From Vicugna vicugna (lineage: Eukaryota), in NCBI GenBank assembly GCA_013265495.1, contig MU058531.1, positions 1-64,000 on the forward strand: a stretch of 64,000 nt of DNA, given 5' to 3'. Made by a program: the position numbers and the translations under genes. Below the pieces are notes generated by a model. The model was not told the DNA's origin. It made no database searches and worked only from the letters and a program-made list of their open reading frames with translations. Positions 62,606 to 64,000 of this stretch are shown in pieces (position 1 is the first letter of the stretch; each line of letters opens with the position of its first letter).

Positions 62606-63084
62606 ACACCTGTGATACTTAATTGCACATGTTGGTTTAAGACTTCCCTCCCCCACTGCCTGACAGCAGGGGTTGTATTCTATTCCGCCTAGCCTCCTCA
62701 GCTCCTTCCTGGCACAAAATAACTTCTTGATAGTCCTTGTATGATTGAATGATGTCAGGTATAAATTACCTGTGACAATGATTCCCAACAAAGGGACTTT
62801 GAATCCATGTATACTACATGAGTTGAAACACAAGTAAATATTTCCACAATCCCCGTATCTGAAACTCGGGACCAGATGTGTTTCAAAATTCAGAATTGTT
62901 CCCTACTTAACCCCTAGTAGGGGTAGTACCCTGTAATCAAACACATTAATAGCTTTGCCAGAAAACATGTGTAGAGTATTCCAAAGTGTGATCAGTAATG
63001 TTCAGATGGGTTCCCCACATTCCAGAAGGTTAGAAATCACCAATTTAATGCATTAGTTTAAAAACATCTGGTTTTTTCAGTACA

Positions 63085-63290
63085 GCAAGCATTCATGAGG
63101 CATTTACCATGTGTCAGCGCTTGTGCTAAGCTCTTTGAAAATGTAGGTAAAAATTACTCTTTGCCGCACGTTATGAGTGAGGAAACTAGGGTTTAGAGAG
63201 AGGGTTAGCCACTTGCCCACAGAGCTTGTCAGTAGCGGAGCTGGATGCAAACTGAACCTGTCCCACAACCAAAAGCCATACTCTGGATCA
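63085..63290 (-). mobile_element. MIR SINE
   Basis: catttaccatgtgtcagcgcttgtgctaagctcttt...tgaggaaactagggtttagagagagggttagccacttgcccacag. Confidence 0.7.
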
Positions 63291-63771
63291 CCTGGCCACC
63301 CTGACTTCACGCAGTTCAAGACAAAAATTCTTTAGTCTTGTCAAGTTTCTTCATGATGTTAAGCCAAATGATTGTAAAAAAATTCAAATGATTGTAAAAA
63401 AACTCCTCAGGCTACAAGTCCCTCATTGTAAAACAAAAAACAAAAACCAAAAAAAAGCTGGCTATAAGTAGCCAACATTTAACTGATATTTGTACAATGG
63501 AATAATTTATTTCCTCAGCTAAACCAATGTTTTAAACATTTGTAATGAGAGATCAAGTGATTCCAGATAATTAAAACAATTATGTGATCACACTAACTTG
63601 CCCTGATTTATTTTGCAGAACCATGATCCAAGAGGCTGCTGTTCCCTGACAGATGAGAGTAGGCTTGATTGAAGAGAACTGTCTGAAAAAAGGCACTATC
63701 CCAGATAATTGTGGATTTTTACACTGATCTTTTTCCAGAACATCTTAGTTGCTTGAACTTTTTTTTTTAGC

Positions 63772-63924
63772 ATTTACAAATTATTTATTTATTCACTTTT
63801 GTTTATTTTGAGGGGGAGGTAATTAGGTTTGTTTGTTTCTTTCTTTAATGGAGGTACTGGGGATTGAACCCAGGACCTTCTGCATGCTAAGCATGTACGT
63901 TAACCACTGAGCTATACCCACCCC
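63772..63924 (-). mobile_element. tRNA-derived SINE (vic-1-like)
   Basis: ggaggtaattaggtttgtttg...ggaggtactggggattgaacccaggacc...actgagctataccc. Confidence 0.88.
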
Positions 63925-64000
63925 ACTGAATTTTTTTTAAGCCAGGTGGAAGTTGATCAAATGTACTTGTGACGACCAAATTTTGAAACTCTTTTGGAAT

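Noticed and set aside
63365..63402. Tandem repeat of caaatgattgtaaaaaaa
   Set aside because: Two copies only; an ordinary slippage duplication, not CRISPR-like.
1..64000. CRISPR arrays, operons or other prokaryotic systems
   Set aside because: The sequence is clearly mammalian (introns, L1, MIR, LTR relics), and I saw no repeat-spacer array.

Overview
Mammalian genomic DNA, most likely a camelid, judging by four tRNA-derived vic-1-like SINEs and matching L1 3' ends. The dominant feature is one + strand anthrax-toxin-receptor-like gene (ANTXRL family) spanning 6348-44393. I could splice 16 GT-AG coding exons by hand into an uninterrupted 1788-nt ORF (595 aa + stop): signal peptide, vWA domain, Ig-like domain, Thr-rich stalk, transmembrane helix, and a Cys/Pro-rich cytoplasmic tail. 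Two things make this copy unusual. First, three of the five MIDAS metal-binding positions are substituted (DxSxS..T..D becomes DxSxG..R..A) while the structural cysteines are kept. Second, a mucin-like poly-Thr stalk of about 100 aa sits in the TM exon. A 4.9-kb block holding exons 11-13 appears twice around a 347-N gap with only two differences that I could find, so it is probably an assembly artefact. Two older paralogous fragments (49335-49838 and 51660-51865) point to a decayed second copy of the locus downstream. The rest is a CpG island at the 5' edge plus L1, L2, MIR, LTR and DNA-transposon relics. Family comparisons are from memory, and no database search was run.
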